Source: an uncultured Clostridia bacterium (GTDB lineage: Bacteria > Aerophobota > Aerophobia > Aerophobales > B3-G15). From it: DNA of 42,555 bases. The position numbers and the translations under genes were made by a program. Positions 16,699 through 26,592 of this stretch are shown here, piece after piece. The stretch lies in NCBI GenBank assembly GCA_964422215.1, contig CAYRAK010000001.1, forward strand, positions 1 through 42,555, in the 5' to 3' direction. How positions within the stretch are numbered: position 1 is the first letter of the stretch; each line of letters opens with the position of its first letter. The notes below the pieces were generated by a model that worked only from the letters and a program-made list of their open reading frames with translations, searched no databases and had not been told where the DNA came from.

Positions 16699-17725
16699 TA
16701 CTAGAATTGAAAAGGAAAAAAATGTTCTTGTTGAAATAAAGAATCTAAAAAAATATTTTCCAATAGAGAAAGGATTCTGGAGAAGATTAGCAGGTTATGT
16801 AAGAGCAGTAGATGATGTAAATCTTTTTATAAAAGAAGGAGAAACAGTTGGTCTTGTAGGTGAGTCAGGATGCGGAAAGACAACTTTAGGAAGGTGTATC
16901 TTGCGTGCTATTGAACCAACAGAAGGACAAATTTTATTTAGAAAAGATGAGGGTGACATCGTAGATATCGCGAAGCTTGATAAAAAAGAGCTTCGCTCAA
17001 TAAGAAAGGATATGCAGATGATTTTTCAAGATCCCTACTCCTCTCTTGATCCCAGAATGACAGTTTTAGATATAATAGGCGAACCCCTGGTGGTAAATAA
17101 AATTGCCAAGGGGCGTGAGATGGAAGAGAGGGTAAAGGATCTAGCAAAGGTTGTGGGACTTAACATAAAACATCTAAAACGTTATCCTCATGCATTCAGT
17201 GGAGGACAGCGCCAAAGAATTGGTATCGCAAGAGCACTTGCAACAAATCCTCGTTTCATTGTTGCCGACGAGCCTGTTTCAGCTTTGGATGTCTCTATTC
17301 AGGCACAGATATTAAATCTCCTGCAAGATCTTCAAAAGGAATTTCATCTAACTTACCTTTTCATCTCTCATGATCTAAGTGTGGTAGAACATATATCAGA
17401 TAGGGTAGCAGTTATGTATGTAGGGAAGCTTGTTGAAATGGCAGAGACAGAAGAACTTTTCCTAAATCCAAAGCACCCTTACACAGAAGCACTCCTATCA
17501 GCTGTTCCTATACCTGATCCTGAGGTGAAAAAGGAAAGGATTGTTCTCAAAGGAGAGGTGGCAAATCCTGCAAATCCTCCCTCTGGATGCTATTTCCATC
17601 CCCGCTGCAATTACTGTATAGAAAGATGTAGAGAAGAAGAGCCACCCTTACAGGAGGTATCTCCTGGCCACTTTGTTGCCTGCCACCTTGCAAGGGAACT
17701 GAAATTAAAGGGAGTCCCTGCCTAA
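16691..17725 (+). CDS. oppF: Oligopeptide/dipeptide ABC transporter ATP-binding protein, OppF/DppF type
   Basis: [29 protein letters not shown] and the C-terminal [11 protein letters not shown] motif. It overlaps oppD by 8 nt. Confidence 0.9.
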   Translation: MSDTRIEKEKNVLVEIKNLKKYFPIEKGFWRRLAGYVRAVDDVNLFIKEGETVGLVGESGCGKTTLGRCILRAIEPTEGQILFRKDEGDIVDIAKLDKKELRSIRKDMQMIFQDPYSSLDPRMTVLDIIGEPLVVNKIAKGREMEERVKDLAKVVGLNIKHLKRYPHAFSGGQRQRIGIARALATNPRFIVADEPVSALDVSIQAQILNLLQDLQKEFHLTYLFISHDLSVVEHISDRVAVMYVGKLVEMAETEELFLNPKHPYTEALLSAVPIPDPEVKKERIVLKGEVANPANPPSGCYFHPRCNYCIERCREEEPPLQEVSPGHFVACHLARELKLKGVPA

Positions 17726-17731
17726 TATATC

Positions 17732-18988
17732 ATGTTAAATCTAAAAAACCTCCAGAAAGAAAAAGTAGCAGTAATCGCAGATGATCTTACGGGTGCAAAT
17801 GAAATTGCTGCTATTATAGCAAGAGAGGGAAAGAAAAGCTTTGTTTTGCATGGCTTTGTTGATGAGAAAACTCTTGAGGAGCTCTGGGAAAGATATGAGG
17901 GGATAGTATTTAACCTCAACTCACGCAATCTATCTGAAAAGATTGCTTACAGGAAGGTAAAAAATCTCATATCCTTTTCAAAAAAGATTAGGAAAAGACT
18001 CATCTATAAAAAAATAGATTCAACAATGAGGGGAAATGTAGGAGAAGAAATAGATGCTATATTGGATACAGGATGCGTAGATATTGCAGTTTTAGTTCCC
18101 GCACTCCCGGAGATGAAAAGGATAACTGTAGGGGGGTATCATATTATAGAGGGACTACCTCTTAGCCAAACCTTTTATGCTGAAGGTAAAAAAACCTCTT
18201 TTCTTCCCGAGATTGTAAGAGCTCAAAGTAAATATTTGGTTGGATATATTGATTTAAAAACCATTGAATCAGGACTAGACAGTATTGTTCATAAACTGCT
18301 ACAGGAGTATAAAAAAGAAAAATTGATCTTAGTCTGTGATTGTTATAGCAGGGAGAATCTAAAGTATATAAAGGAGGCAATTATCAAATCAAAGTTAAAG
18401 GTGCTACCCGTTGGTTCAGCTGGTTTGTTCGAGGAGCTTTTTTGTACCGTAAAATTTTCTTTTCTTCCTTCCTTAATTATTTGTGGTTCTCTTAACAGAT
18501 TAACAAGAATGCAACTTAATCTGCTTTTAAAAAAAGAAAAGGCAGGATATCTTGAACTTCACCTTAATTCAATTTTCTCTGGTAAGGAAGAAGATGAGTT
18601 AAAAGACCTCAAAGAAGAGGGCGAGATCTTTCTTGCTCAGAGGAAAGATCTTATAATTGCAACACCTGAGAAATCTTATAAAAGTGTAGAAAAAGCAATT
18701 ACTAAATATCTTGCTGTTCTTGGAGGATACTTCCTTAAAAATTATCCTCTTGCGGGCGTAATAGCAACAGGGGGAGACACCGCTATGGCATTACTTGAAA
18801 ACCTTGAAGCAGAAGGCATTGAAATAATTGATGAGATAGAACCTTTCATTCCTGTGGGTATTATACACGGAGGCAAAGCAGAGGGAAAGGCCATTATCAC
18901 AAAGACAGGTGGATTTGGACAAGATGATGTATTTTTAAAAGCTGTAAAGTATCTTAAGAAGAGAAGTTCTCAAAATTTAAATCTTTAA
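17732..18988 (+). CDS. Four-carbon acid sugar kinase family protein (DUF1537; OtnK/DtnK-like)
   Basis: N-terminal VAVIADDLTGANEIA and C-terminal ATGGDTA...TKTGGFG, characteristic of this family. Starts 6 nt after oppF. Confidence 0.75.
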   Translation: MLNLKNLQKEKVAVIADDLTGANEIAAIIAREGKKSFVLHGFVDEKTLEELWERYEGIVFNLNSRNLSEKIAYRKVKNLISFSKKIRKRLIYKKIDSTMRGNVGEEIDAILDTGCVDIAVLVPALPEMKRITVGGYHIIEGLPLSQTFYAEGKKTSFLPEIVRAQSKYLVGYIDLKTIESGLDSIVHKLLQEYKKEKLILVCDCYSRENLKYIKEAIIKSKLKVLPVGSAGLFEELFCTVKFSFLPSLIICGSLNRLTRMQLNLLLKKEKAGYLELHLNSIFSGKEEDELKDLKEEGEIFLAQRKDLIIATPEKSYKSVEKAITKYLAVLGGYFLKNYPLAGVIATGGDTAMALLENLEAEGIEIIDEIEPFIPVGIIHGGKAEGKAIITKTGGFGQDDVFLKAVKYLKKRSSQNLNL

Positions 18989-19630
18989 CTTTTTAATAAG
19001 ATCCTCTAAAGTAGAAATTTCATAGGATTTGGGAGTAGAAAGAGAGGAGTTTGTTCGATTAAGATAAAAGGCCCTTACCCCAATCTTGGAAGGAGCAAGG
19101 TAGTCTGCTTCATAGTTGTCTCCAATATGAATAAGGGAAGAGGGAGAAATTTCTAATTCCTCGCATATTTTTTGATAAAATTTTTTTTCTTTTTTTATCA
19201 TTTTATAATCGGAAACAGCTGAAAAAATTTTTTTAAAATATTTGTAAATCCCGCTTCCCTTCAACTTAACTTCAATAAAATTTTTGCTCATTGCAGAAGC
19301 AATAATAAGCATATAATCTTTCCCCTTCAGTAAATCTAGGACAGGAATAACCTCAGGGTAAAGCCTAACCTCCTTTGCGTATTTTTCAAGAACCTCTATC
19401 TCACTCACCTCAAAACCAAAGTATTTCAGCCAATAATCAAGCATATACCATTTTATATCATTTTCACCAACCTTCTCATACTCCTCTATTACAAGTTTTT
19501 TTGCCTTTTCAAAATCGACTTTATATTTTTTTGCATAAAGCTCTGGTATCTCTTTAAACCAGACAAGCTCATTGTATTCAGGTTTAACCAGTGTCCCATC
19601 AACATCAAAAGAGACAATAGTCCCCTTCAT
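18977..19630 (-). CDS. HAD-superfamily hydrolase
   Basis: FDVDGTL (motif I), a SA motif II region and GDNYEAD (motif IV). It overlaps the upstream PaaK-like gene by 4 nt. Confidence 0.8.
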   Translation of the reverse strand: MKGTIVSFDVDGTLVKPEYNELVWFKEIPELYAKKYKVDFEKAKKLVIEEYEKVGENDIKWYMLDYWLKYFGFEVSEIEVLEKYAKEVRLYPEVIPVLDLLKGKDYMLIIASAMSKNFIEVKLKGSGIYKYFKKIFSAVSDYKMIKKEKKFYQKICEELEISPSSLIHIGDNYEADYLAPSKIGVRAFYLNRTNSSLSTPKSYEISTLEDLIKKLKI

Positions 19631-20946
19631 TTGAGCCTTTTATCTGTAACTATCTTTTGAGGTCCTTTTTGAGATAAAGACTTTTTCTCCACAAGTTTAA
19701 CTTTTGTTCTTATCCCAAGTTTCTCAAAAATAACTTCTTCTATCTTTGCCTTAAGTCCTTGAAGTTTTTTCATCTCATCAAAAAAAATATCCTCTGATAC
19801 CTCCACCATAACATCCACCACATCCTGTGTTCCTTCTCGATCGATTATAAGGCGAAATTGAGGTTCAGCGCCCTCAATTTGAGTAAGAATATCTCGAATC
19901 TGACTTGGGAAAAAACTCACACCATTAACAATAAGCATATCATCGGTACGCTTTGTCACATTCCGCATTCTGATGAAACTCCTTCCACATGCACACAAAG
20001 AGGTATTAAGAGAAGTTAAATCTCCGGTTCTATATCTTATAAGAGGAAAAGCTTCTTTAGTAATAGTTGTAAGGACAAGTTCTCCTTCCTCACCAGGAGG
20101 AAGAACCTTTCCAGTTTGAGGATCAACTATCTCTGGTATAAACTGATCCTCAAATATGTGAAGACCACATCTTTTCTCACATTCTGCAGAAACCTTTGGA
20201 CCGGGAATCTCGGGTGGACCATAACTTACAACAACTTTAATCTTAAGCTTTTCCTCAACTTCAGCTCTCATATCTTCAGAGAAAGGCTCTCCTGTAAAAA
20301 TTCCAATTTTAAGCTGTAAACTGGCAATATTTATATTTTCTTCTTCCATAGCAGCAATAAGTTTTAAAGCAAAACTCGGAGTGCAAAGAATAACTGTTGT
20401 GCGGTAGTCACGAGCAAGAAGTAACTGTTTTACTGGATCAAGATTGGGAGCCGGAATAACTGATGCACCTATAAGCTCTGCTCCATAGTGAAAACCTAAT
20501 CCTCCTCCAAAAAAGCCATAATCAAGACATATTTGCACAACATCATCTCTTGTTACTCCGCCCCCTGCTAGAACTCGTGCACTTACCTCTGTCCAGTGCT
20601 CTATATCATTTTTAGTATAGCCAATAACAATAGGTTCCCCAGTTTGAGAGGATGTACAATGAAGTCTTACAACCTCTCTTAAAGGTACAGCAAACATACC
20701 ATAAGGATAGTTTTTAATGAGAGTTTGCCTATTGGTAAAAGGAAGTAATGACAATTTAGAAAGAGAATCGATATCTTCGGGAATAATTCCTATCTTGTCA
20801 AAACTTTTCCTGTAAAAAGGCACACTTCGGTAAACCCTATTAACTGTAGCCTGCAGACCCTCAAGCTGGATCTGTTCTATTTTTTCCCTATTCAAACTCT
20901 TAAAATTTGGATTCCACAATTTACACTCCTTTTCTTCTACTCCCAT
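19627..20946 (-). CDS. Phenylacetate-CoA ligase family adenylating enzyme (PaaK / F390-synthetase-like)
   Basis: SSQTGEP AMP-binding P-loop-like motif, YRTGD, and the length and domain order typical of PaaK. Confidence 0.85.
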   Translation of the reverse strand: MGVEEKECKLWNPNFKSLNREKIEQIQLEGLQATVNRVYRSVPFYRKSFDKIGIIPEDIDSLSKLSLLPFTNRQTLIKNYPYGMFAVPLREVVRLHCTSSQTGEPIVIGYTKNDIEHWTEVSARVLAGGGVTRDDVVQICLDYGFFGGGLGFHYGAELIGASVIPAPNLDPVKQLLLARDYRTTVILCTPSFALKLIAAMEEENINIASLQLKIGIFTGEPFSEDMRAEVEEKLKIKVVVSYGPPEIPGPKVSAECEKRCGLHIFEDQFIPEIVDPQTGKVLPPGEEGELVLTTITKEAFPLIRYRTGDLTSLNTSLCACGRSFIRMRNVTKRTDDMLIVNGVSFFPSQIRDILTQIEGAEPQFRLIIDREGTQDVVDVMVEVSEDIFFDEMKKLQGLKAKIEEVIFEKLGIRTKVKLVEKKSLSQKGPQKIVTDKRLK

Positions 20947-21671
20947 ACCTCTTGATATCCTCTACCAAGATAAGCCCTTTTTATCTCTTGATTTCCCAAA
21001 AGTTCCTCAGAGTTTCCCTGCATAACTACCTTGCCAGTTTCGATTACATACCCTCTATCTGCAATTTTTAATGCTGCGTGGGCATTTTGTTCCACGAGGA
21101 AGATAGTTGTTCCCTTCTTCTTTAATTCTAAAATAATTTGAAAAATCTCTTTTACTACCTTGGGAGCAAGTCCCATAGAAGGCTCATCCAGGAGAAGAAG
21201 TTTCGGCTTTGCCATAAGAGCTCTTGCAATTGCCAACATTTGTTGCTCTCCGCCAGATAAACTTCCTGCGATTTGTGTTCTCCTCTCTTTTATAATAGGA
21301 AAAAACTCAAAGATTCTCTCAAGATCGCCAAAAATTTGAAATCTCTTCTCTCTCTTAAAGCGTTGGTAAGCTCCAAGAAGAAGGTTATCCATAACAGAAA
21401 GAGAAGTAAAAAGCTGTCTTCCTTCAGGAACCAAACTTATTCCCTCTTTTACTATCCTTTGAGGTGACATATGAGTGATATCTTTTCCACAAAATGAAAT
21501 CTTACCTTTTTTCGAGGATATAACCCCTGCAATGGAATTAAGAAGAGTGGTTTTACCTGCTCCATTCGCTCCAATTAAAACCACGATTTCACCTTCTTCT
21601 ATATGCAAAGAAACCCCTTTCAAAGCCTCCAGGTGCCCATAAAAACTTTTAAGATTTCTTATCCTGAGCAA
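20937..21671 (-). CDS. livF: Branched-chain amino-acid-type ABC transporter ATP-binding protein (LivF type)
   Basis: GANGAGKTT, LSGGEQQM, LLLLDEPSMGLAP. Confidence 0.9.
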   Translation of the reverse strand: MLRIRNLKSFYGHLEALKGVSLHIEEGEIVVLIGANGAGKTTLLNSIAGVISSKKGKISFCGKDITHMSPQRIVKEGISLVPEGRQLFTSLSVMDNLLLGAYQRFKREKRFQIFGDLERIFEFFPIIKERRTQIAGSLSGGEQQMLAIARALMAKPKLLLLDEPSMGLAPKVVKEIFQIILELKKKGTTIFLVEQNAHAALKIADRGYVIETGKVVMQGNSEELLGNQEIKRAYLGRGYQEVWE

Positions 21672-21672
21672 C

Positions 21673-22434
21673 TTACTCTCTCCCTAAATAAGTAGCAATA
21701 ACCTTTTCATTGTTTTGAATTTCCCTAGGTGTTCCCTCTGCTATTACTTTACCTGAGTTGAGAACCACAACCTCTTCAGATATATCCATCACTAAATCCA
21801 TATCGTGTTCAACTAGAAGAATAGATATACCCATCTCTTTTATCTTGTATATAAGCTTAGCCATTTGCTGAGTTTCTTTTATATTAAGGCCAGCAGCAGG
21901 CTCATCGAGGAGCAAAAGGACCGGCTCTGTAGCAAGTGCCCTTGCTATCTCCACAAGACGTTGTTGATGAAAGGTGAGTGTATCAACAGGTCTGTTTGCT
22001 TTTTCTTGAAGTCCTACAAACTCAAGAAGTTCCATAGCTCGAGAATAAATTTTTCTTTCCTCTCTTCTTGCACTTCTTAATTTAAAAATACAAGCCAAAA
22101 ACTCGGACTTTGTTCGAGAATGAAGACCAACCATTACATTTTCAACTGTGGTCATATTAGGAAAAACCTGCACATTTTGAAAAGTGCGAGAAATTCCCTT
22201 TTTCACAATAAGATGAGCCCTCAATCTATCTATTCGCTCCCCCTTAAATAAGATTTTCCCACTACTGGGAGAATAAACACCAGAGATAATATTAAAAATA
22301 GTGGTTTTCCCAGCTCCATTAGGACCTATTATGGCTTTAATACAGTTATTAGATAAAGAAAAACTAACTCCATCTAAAGCTACAACTCCTCCAAACTTTT
22401 TCCGAAGTTCGACAACTTTTAAAAGGCTATTCAT
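21673..22434 (-). CDS. livG: Branched-chain amino-acid-type ABC transporter ATP-binding protein (LivG type)
   Basis: GPNGAGKTT, a Q-loop and LLLLDEPAAGLN, with the LivG-type C-terminus. Confidence 0.9.
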   Translation of the reverse strand: MNSLLKVVELRKKFGGVVALDGVSFSLSNNCIKAIIGPNGAGKTTIFNIISGVYSPSSGKILFKGERIDRLRAHLIVKKGISRTFQNVQVFPNMTTVENVMVGLHSRTKSEFLACIFKLRSARREERKIYSRAMELLEFVGLQEKANRPVDTLTFHQQRLVEIARALATEPVLLLLDEPAAGLNIKETQQMAKLIYKIKEMGISILLVEHDMDLVMDISEEVVVLNSGKVIAEGTPREIQNNEKVIATYLGRE

Positions 22435-23368
22435 TTTTTTCTTTTTTTATTATACTAAACACTCCCATAAGAAGGCCTTCAGGAAGAAAAATCATTATTA
22501 AGAGAAGCACTGCTCCATAAATTAGTATATCGTAATCCTTAAAAATCCTCAAATACTCAGGTAAAATAGCTAAAAGAGCGGTTCCCATTACTGCTCCCCA
22601 AATGTTTGCCATCCCCCCTACAGCTACCATGGTCACCAAAACTACAGAAAACATAACAGTAAAGCTACTAGGAGAGACAAACGTAACAAAATGGGCATAC
22701 AGACTGCCTGCAATTCCTGCAAAAATTGCGCTTAAAATAAAAATCTGAAGTTTGTATTTTCCAATGTTAATACCCATTGCCTGTGCTGCCACTTCACTCC
22801 CATGAATAGCACGAAGAGCTCTTCCTACCCTTGAGTGGATTAAGTTAAGACAGATAAGAAGGATCAAAAGAACGACTGTCCAAACAAAGTAATAATATGC
22901 AACATCTGAGTCAAGGGAAAAATTTCCCAAGGAAAATCTTGGAATCTGCCCAAAACCAGATGGTCCTCCAGTGTATTCTATCCATTCATTAAAAACAATA
23001 TAAATAATTTCCCCAAAAGCTAATGTTGCCATTGCAAGATAGTGGCCCTTAAGTTTTAACGCTGGAGCTCCAATTAGATATGCTACCCCAGCTGTAAGGA
23101 AAACGGCTGTAAACATACCAAACCAAGGAGAAAACCCAAACCTAGTTGAAAGAATGCCTGAGGTATAGGCACCAAGACCAAAAAAAGCTGCATGTCCAAG
23201 TGAAATTTGCCCTGCATACCCCATAAGGAGACTAAGACCTATAGTTATTAAGCTATATATGCCAACAAATACCAAAATTCCTACATAGTAAGGATTACGA
23301 ACTATAAGGGGAAGCGCAAAAATAATACCAACTAAAACTAGCAGAGAATAAAGATTTTTCTTTCCCAC
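22427..23368 (-). CDS. livM: Branched-chain amino-acid-type ABC transporter permease (LivM type)
   Basis: 313-aa polytopic protein with GYAGQISLGHAAFFGLGAY, characteristic of LivM. Confidence 0.85.
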   Translation of the reverse strand: MGKKNLYSLLVLVGIIFALPLIVRNPYYVGILVFVGIYSLITIGLSLLMGYAGQISLGHAAFFGLGAYTSGILSTRFGFSPWFGMFTAVFLTAGVAYLIGAPALKLKGHYLAMATLAFGEIIYIVFNEWIEYTGGPSGFGQIPRFSLGNFSLDSDVAYYYFVWTVVLLILLICLNLIHSRVGRALRAIHGSEVAAQAMGINIGKYKLQIFILSAIFAGIAGSLYAHFVTFVSPSSFTVMFSVVLVTMVAVGGMANIWGAVMGTALLAILPEYLRIFKDYDILIYGAVLLLIMIFLPEGLLMGVFSIIKKEKNE

Positions 23369-23391
23369 AAAAAGCCCCCAACAAATTTTCT

Positions 23392-24264
23392 TTATTCCTT
23401 TGTTCCCATAATTCCACTAGGTCTTAAAAATAAGACAACTAAAAGAACAAAAAGGGCAATTGCATCCTTGTATCCAGAAGATATGAAACCTGCTCCAAGA
23501 GACTCCATAAGTCCTATGATAAAACCGGCAATAACCGCTCCCACATTACTTCCAAGTCCACCCAGCACTGCCGCAGCAAATCCCTTTATGGCTAGCATTG
23601 TCCCTCGATCGTAGTTCATTAAAGTAACAGGCGTTATAATAATTCCTGCAATTGCTCCAATAGCTGCACTAAGAGCAAAGGAAAATAAAATCATTAATTT
23701 AACATTTATCCCCATTAAACTTGCAGCAACTTTATTCACTGAACAAGCCCGCATAGCTTTTCCAGTTAAAGTAAAGGTGAAGAAAAGAACCAAAAAAAGC
23801 ACTAATGCCACCATTATACCCAGTATCCATAGGATTTGAGGTGAAAGATATGCTCCAAAGACTGATATTGGTTTATCTGAAGAAAAAGGAGGAAGAGTGT
23901 AAGTTTGTTTTCCCCAGATAAACATTGCTCCACCCTTAAAGAGAATAGAGCCTGCAACGGTAATTATAATTAAGGTTATGATAGAGGGGTTTTTTAAGGG
24001 ATGAATAGCTCCTCTCTCAAAGGCAGCTCCTATAAGAGTAACTATTGCTACAGAAATAAAAAAACCTAAAGGCATAGGAAGATGAGCAAGCTTGGTGAGA
24101 GAAATCATTATCATCCCACCAAGCATAACAAACTCACCCTGGGCAAGATTTATAATTCCAGTCGCATTGTAAATTATATTAAAGCCCAGAGCTATCATTC
24201 CGTAAATAACACCAATAGCTACTCCAGTAAATATATACTGGAGTAGCTGGCTTGTAAAAGTCAT
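23392..24264 (-). CDS. livH: Branched-chain amino-acid-type ABC transporter permease (LivH type)
   Basis: 290-aa polytopic protein with INLAQGEFVMLG, characteristic of LivH. Confidence 0.85.
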   Translation of the reverse strand: MTFTSQLLQYIFTGVAIGVIYGMIALGFNIIYNATGIINLAQGEFVMLGGMIMISLTKLAHLPMPLGFFISVAIVTLIGAAFERGAIHPLKNPSIITLIIITVAGSILFKGGAMFIWGKQTYTLPPFSSDKPISVFGAYLSPQILWILGIMVALVLFLVLFFTFTLTGKAMRACSVNKVAASLMGINVKLMILFSFALSAAIGAIAGIIITPVTLMNYDRGTMLAIKGFAAAVLGGLGSNVGAVIAGFIIGLMESLGAGFISSGYKDAIALFVLLVVLFLRPSGIMGTKE

Positions 24265-24288
24265 GGAGTGCTACCTGCTTATCTTAAA

Positions 24289-25470
24289 CTAATCTTCGCC
24301 TAAAACAACAAACTTTCCTCCTTTCACAACAAGAAGCTCAAAAGCATCCTTTGTTAAACCGTTGTGATCCTCGGGAGAGAAGTTAAATATACCTCCTGTT
24401 CCTACAAACTCTTTTGTATATTCTATGTTTTTTCTCATAGCCTCAGGCCTCGGACCCGCCTCTTCCAGTGCATTAATAACAAGCCATAAAGCATCCCAGG
24501 CATGTCCTCCAAAAGTACTCACATCCTCTTTATATCTATCCTCATACATCTTCTTATACCAGGCAAGTATGTCTTTTTGTGGATGGTCATCAGGAAGCGT
24601 ATCAACAGCAAGAAGCCTTCCTGCAGGGAAGATAATACCTTCTGCAGCATCACCTGCTGCCTCTACGTATTTTATATTTCCAAACCCATGGCTCTGGAAA
24701 AGAGGTATATTCATATTTAGCTGACGCATATTCTTAGCAACAATAGATTGTGCTGGTACTATAGACCAATTGACAATAGCTTCCGCATCTGTAGCTTTTA
24801 TTCTTGTAAGCTGGGCTGTCATATCAGTATCTTTTGGACCATAGGTTTCATCTGCCACTATCTTCATTCCATACTCAGGAGCAAGTTTTTTTAGCCATTT
24901 TCTTCCCTGAGCTCCAAATGCAGTTGTTCCTGTAATTATCGCTACCTTGGACATTCCTTTTTTTCTCATATATTCATAAATTTTATGGGCAGCATCACTA
25001 TCCTTTTGGGGGGTTTTAAACACCCATTTTTTCACAGGTGATACAATTGCCTCAGCTGCAGCACAGGAGACAAGTAAAACTTTTTCTTTTTCAACAATAG
25101 GGATTACCGCCATAGTTGTTCCACTTCTTGAAGGTCCAATTATAGCAAGAACCTTATCTCGATAAATTAGTTTTTTTACAGCATTTACAGCCTTTGCCTC
25201 GTCACCTGCAGTATCCTCAATAATAAGCTTGAGAGGATGTCCATTTATTCCCCCTCTGGCATTAATCATCTCCTCAATCATAAGAGCGGTGTTTTTCTCC
25301 GGTTCGCCTAGAAAGGATGCTGACCCTGTTATAGCAAATATTGCTCCTATCTTGTAGGGTTCTTTCTCCTTTGCCCAGATAAAGCCTGCCCATCCTAATG
25401 TGAGGATAAATACCCCCACAGCAAGGATAATTTCAATTCCTTTTAGCTTTTTTATACACCTTTTTCTCAT
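24289..25470 (-). CDS. LivJ/LivK-type periplasmic substrate-binding protein
   Basis: N-terminal signal or anchor, then YKIGAIFAITGSASFLG and VLAIIGPSRSG, typical of type-I ligand-binding proteins. Confidence 0.85.
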   Translation of the reverse strand: MRKRCIKKLKGIEIILAVGVFILTLGWAGFIWAKEKEPYKIGAIFAITGSASFLGEPEKNTALMIEEMINARGGINGHPLKLIIEDTAGDEAKAVNAVKKLIYRDKVLAIIGPSRSGTTMAVIPIVEKEKVLLVSCAAAEAIVSPVKKWVFKTPQKDSDAAHKIYEYMRKKGMSKVAIITGTTAFGAQGRKWLKKLAPEYGMKIVADETYGPKDTDMTAQLTRIKATDAEAIVNWSIVPAQSIVAKNMRQLNMNIPLFQSHGFGNIKYVEAAGDAAEGIIFPAGRLLAVDTLPDDHPQKDILAWYKKMYEDRYKEDVSTFGGHAWDALWLVINALEEAGPRPEAMRKNIEYTKEFVGTGGIFNFSPEDHNGLTKDAFELLVVKGGKFVVLGED

Positions 25471-25541
25471 CTTTCTCCTCCTCTTCTTTCATGAATATAC
25501 TATTTTTCTCAACTAAGCCCTCTCTAAATAAAAGTGAGAAT

Positions 25542-25569
25542 ATTCTAACAAATTCACTTTAGCTGTCAA
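25542..25569 (-). promoter_or_regulatory. Putative promoter of the liv-type operon (TTGACA-16-TAGAAT on the minus strand)
   Basis: The reverse complement reads TTGACAgctaaagtgaatttgtTAGAAT. It is overlapped by the inverted repeat AAAGTGA-N16-TCACTTT (25531..25560) and the palindrome GAATATTC (25538..25545). Confidence 0.4.
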
Positions 25570-25589
25570 ATTAAGGCGGCAGTCTGGAA

Positions 25590-25617
25590 TTGACGCCAAT
25601 ACACTTTTCTTTAATAT
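25590..25617 (+). promoter_or_regulatory. Putative promoter for the EamA-family gene (TTGACG-16-TAATAT)
   Basis: TTGACG at 25590..25595 and TAATAT at 25612..25617. Confidence 0.35.
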
Positions 25618-25662
25618 GTTTATTTATAAGCTTGATTGCAACTTGATGAAAGTGAGGTTAGA

Positions 25663-26544
25663 ATGTCTTCTTTAAAGAAAAAAACACTTGGAGCGCTTAT
25701 TATCCTGCTTCTTATTTGGAGTTTCCCCCCAGTAGTTATCAAATACCTTGATCTTTTTTTCTCACCCATGACCCAAAATTTTTACAGATACCTTACGGCA
25801 TCAACATTTCTTCTACTTCTCAGTCTTTTTCTTTTCCCTAAAAAACTTAAATTATGCATAAAAAATGTTAAACACTTTATTGTTCCAAGTTTATTTTTAC
25901 TTTTATGGCAGACTTTTCTTGTTTACGGGGTGAGCTTAAGCAAGGCAAATACAGCTGGATTTTTGTCAAAAATGACAGGTATTTTTGTTGTGCTTATGGG
26001 GTGGACAGCACTACCTGAGGAAAGAGAAACCGTCAAAAGAAAAAGCTTTATAGTAGGTTTTGTTCTAGCGTTTAGTGGAGCAGCTATTATAATTTTAAGT
26101 AAAGAAAAACTGACCTTTTCTCTTGGTTCACTTCTTCTTCTTATCGCTACCTTTTGTTGGGCAATGTATACTATACAGACAAAAAAGATTTTGCAGAAAC
26201 TGCAGATAAACTCTCTTACCGCTATGAGTTTTGTAAGTGGATGCACCTGCTTTTTTCTCTTTTTCTTAGCCATGTTAGAACTTGGGAAGATAATGGAGGC
26301 TCCTCTACATGCCAACCTTATCCTTTCTCTTTCTGGATTTTTACTCGTAGGGGTGGCAGGTGTTTTGTATTATTTTCTTTTGCAAAGAATCGGAGCCACC
26401 ATCACTAATACAGCTATGCTTTCAACCTCTTTTCTTACTGTAATTTTTGCCTTTGTTTTTTTAGGAGAAAAAATGACGATGCAACAAATTGTTGGGGGAT
26501 GCATTGTAGTAGTTGGATGTTATTTTGTTTTAAAACAAACATAA
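25663..26544 (+). CDS. EamA/DMT-superfamily transporter
   Basis: About 10-TM protein with duplicated EamA-like halves. ATG 25663 (after GAGG) is preferred over the track's TTG 25636. Confidence 0.8.
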   Translation: MSSLKKKTLGALIILLLIWSFPPVVIKYLDLFFSPMTQNFYRYLTASTFLLLLSLFLFPKKLKLCIKNVKHFIVPSLFLLLWQTFLVYGVSLSKANTAGFLSKMTGIFVVLMGWTALPEERETVKRKSFIVGFVLAFSGAAIIILSKEKLTFSLGSLLLLIATFCWAMYTIQTKKILQKLQINSLTAMSFVSGCTCFFLFFLAMLELGKIMEAPLHANLILSLSGFLLVGVAGVLYYFLLQRIGATITNTAMLSTSFLTVIFAFVFLGEKMTMQQIVGGCIVVVGCYFVLKQT

Positions 26545-26592
26545 CCTTACTCTTTATTTTCCCTTGTAATCTTTTAATGCTTTGCAAAATTT

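Noticed and set aside
25923-26315. Antisense ORFs of 60-133 aa inside well-supported genes (25923..26315, 28081..28482, 31028..31372, 32161..32502, 41555..41887 and similar track entries)
   Set aside because: Each lies wholly within or opposite a gene with clear family motifs. They lack RBSs and have the skewed composition expected from reading AT-rich coding DNA in the wrong frame.
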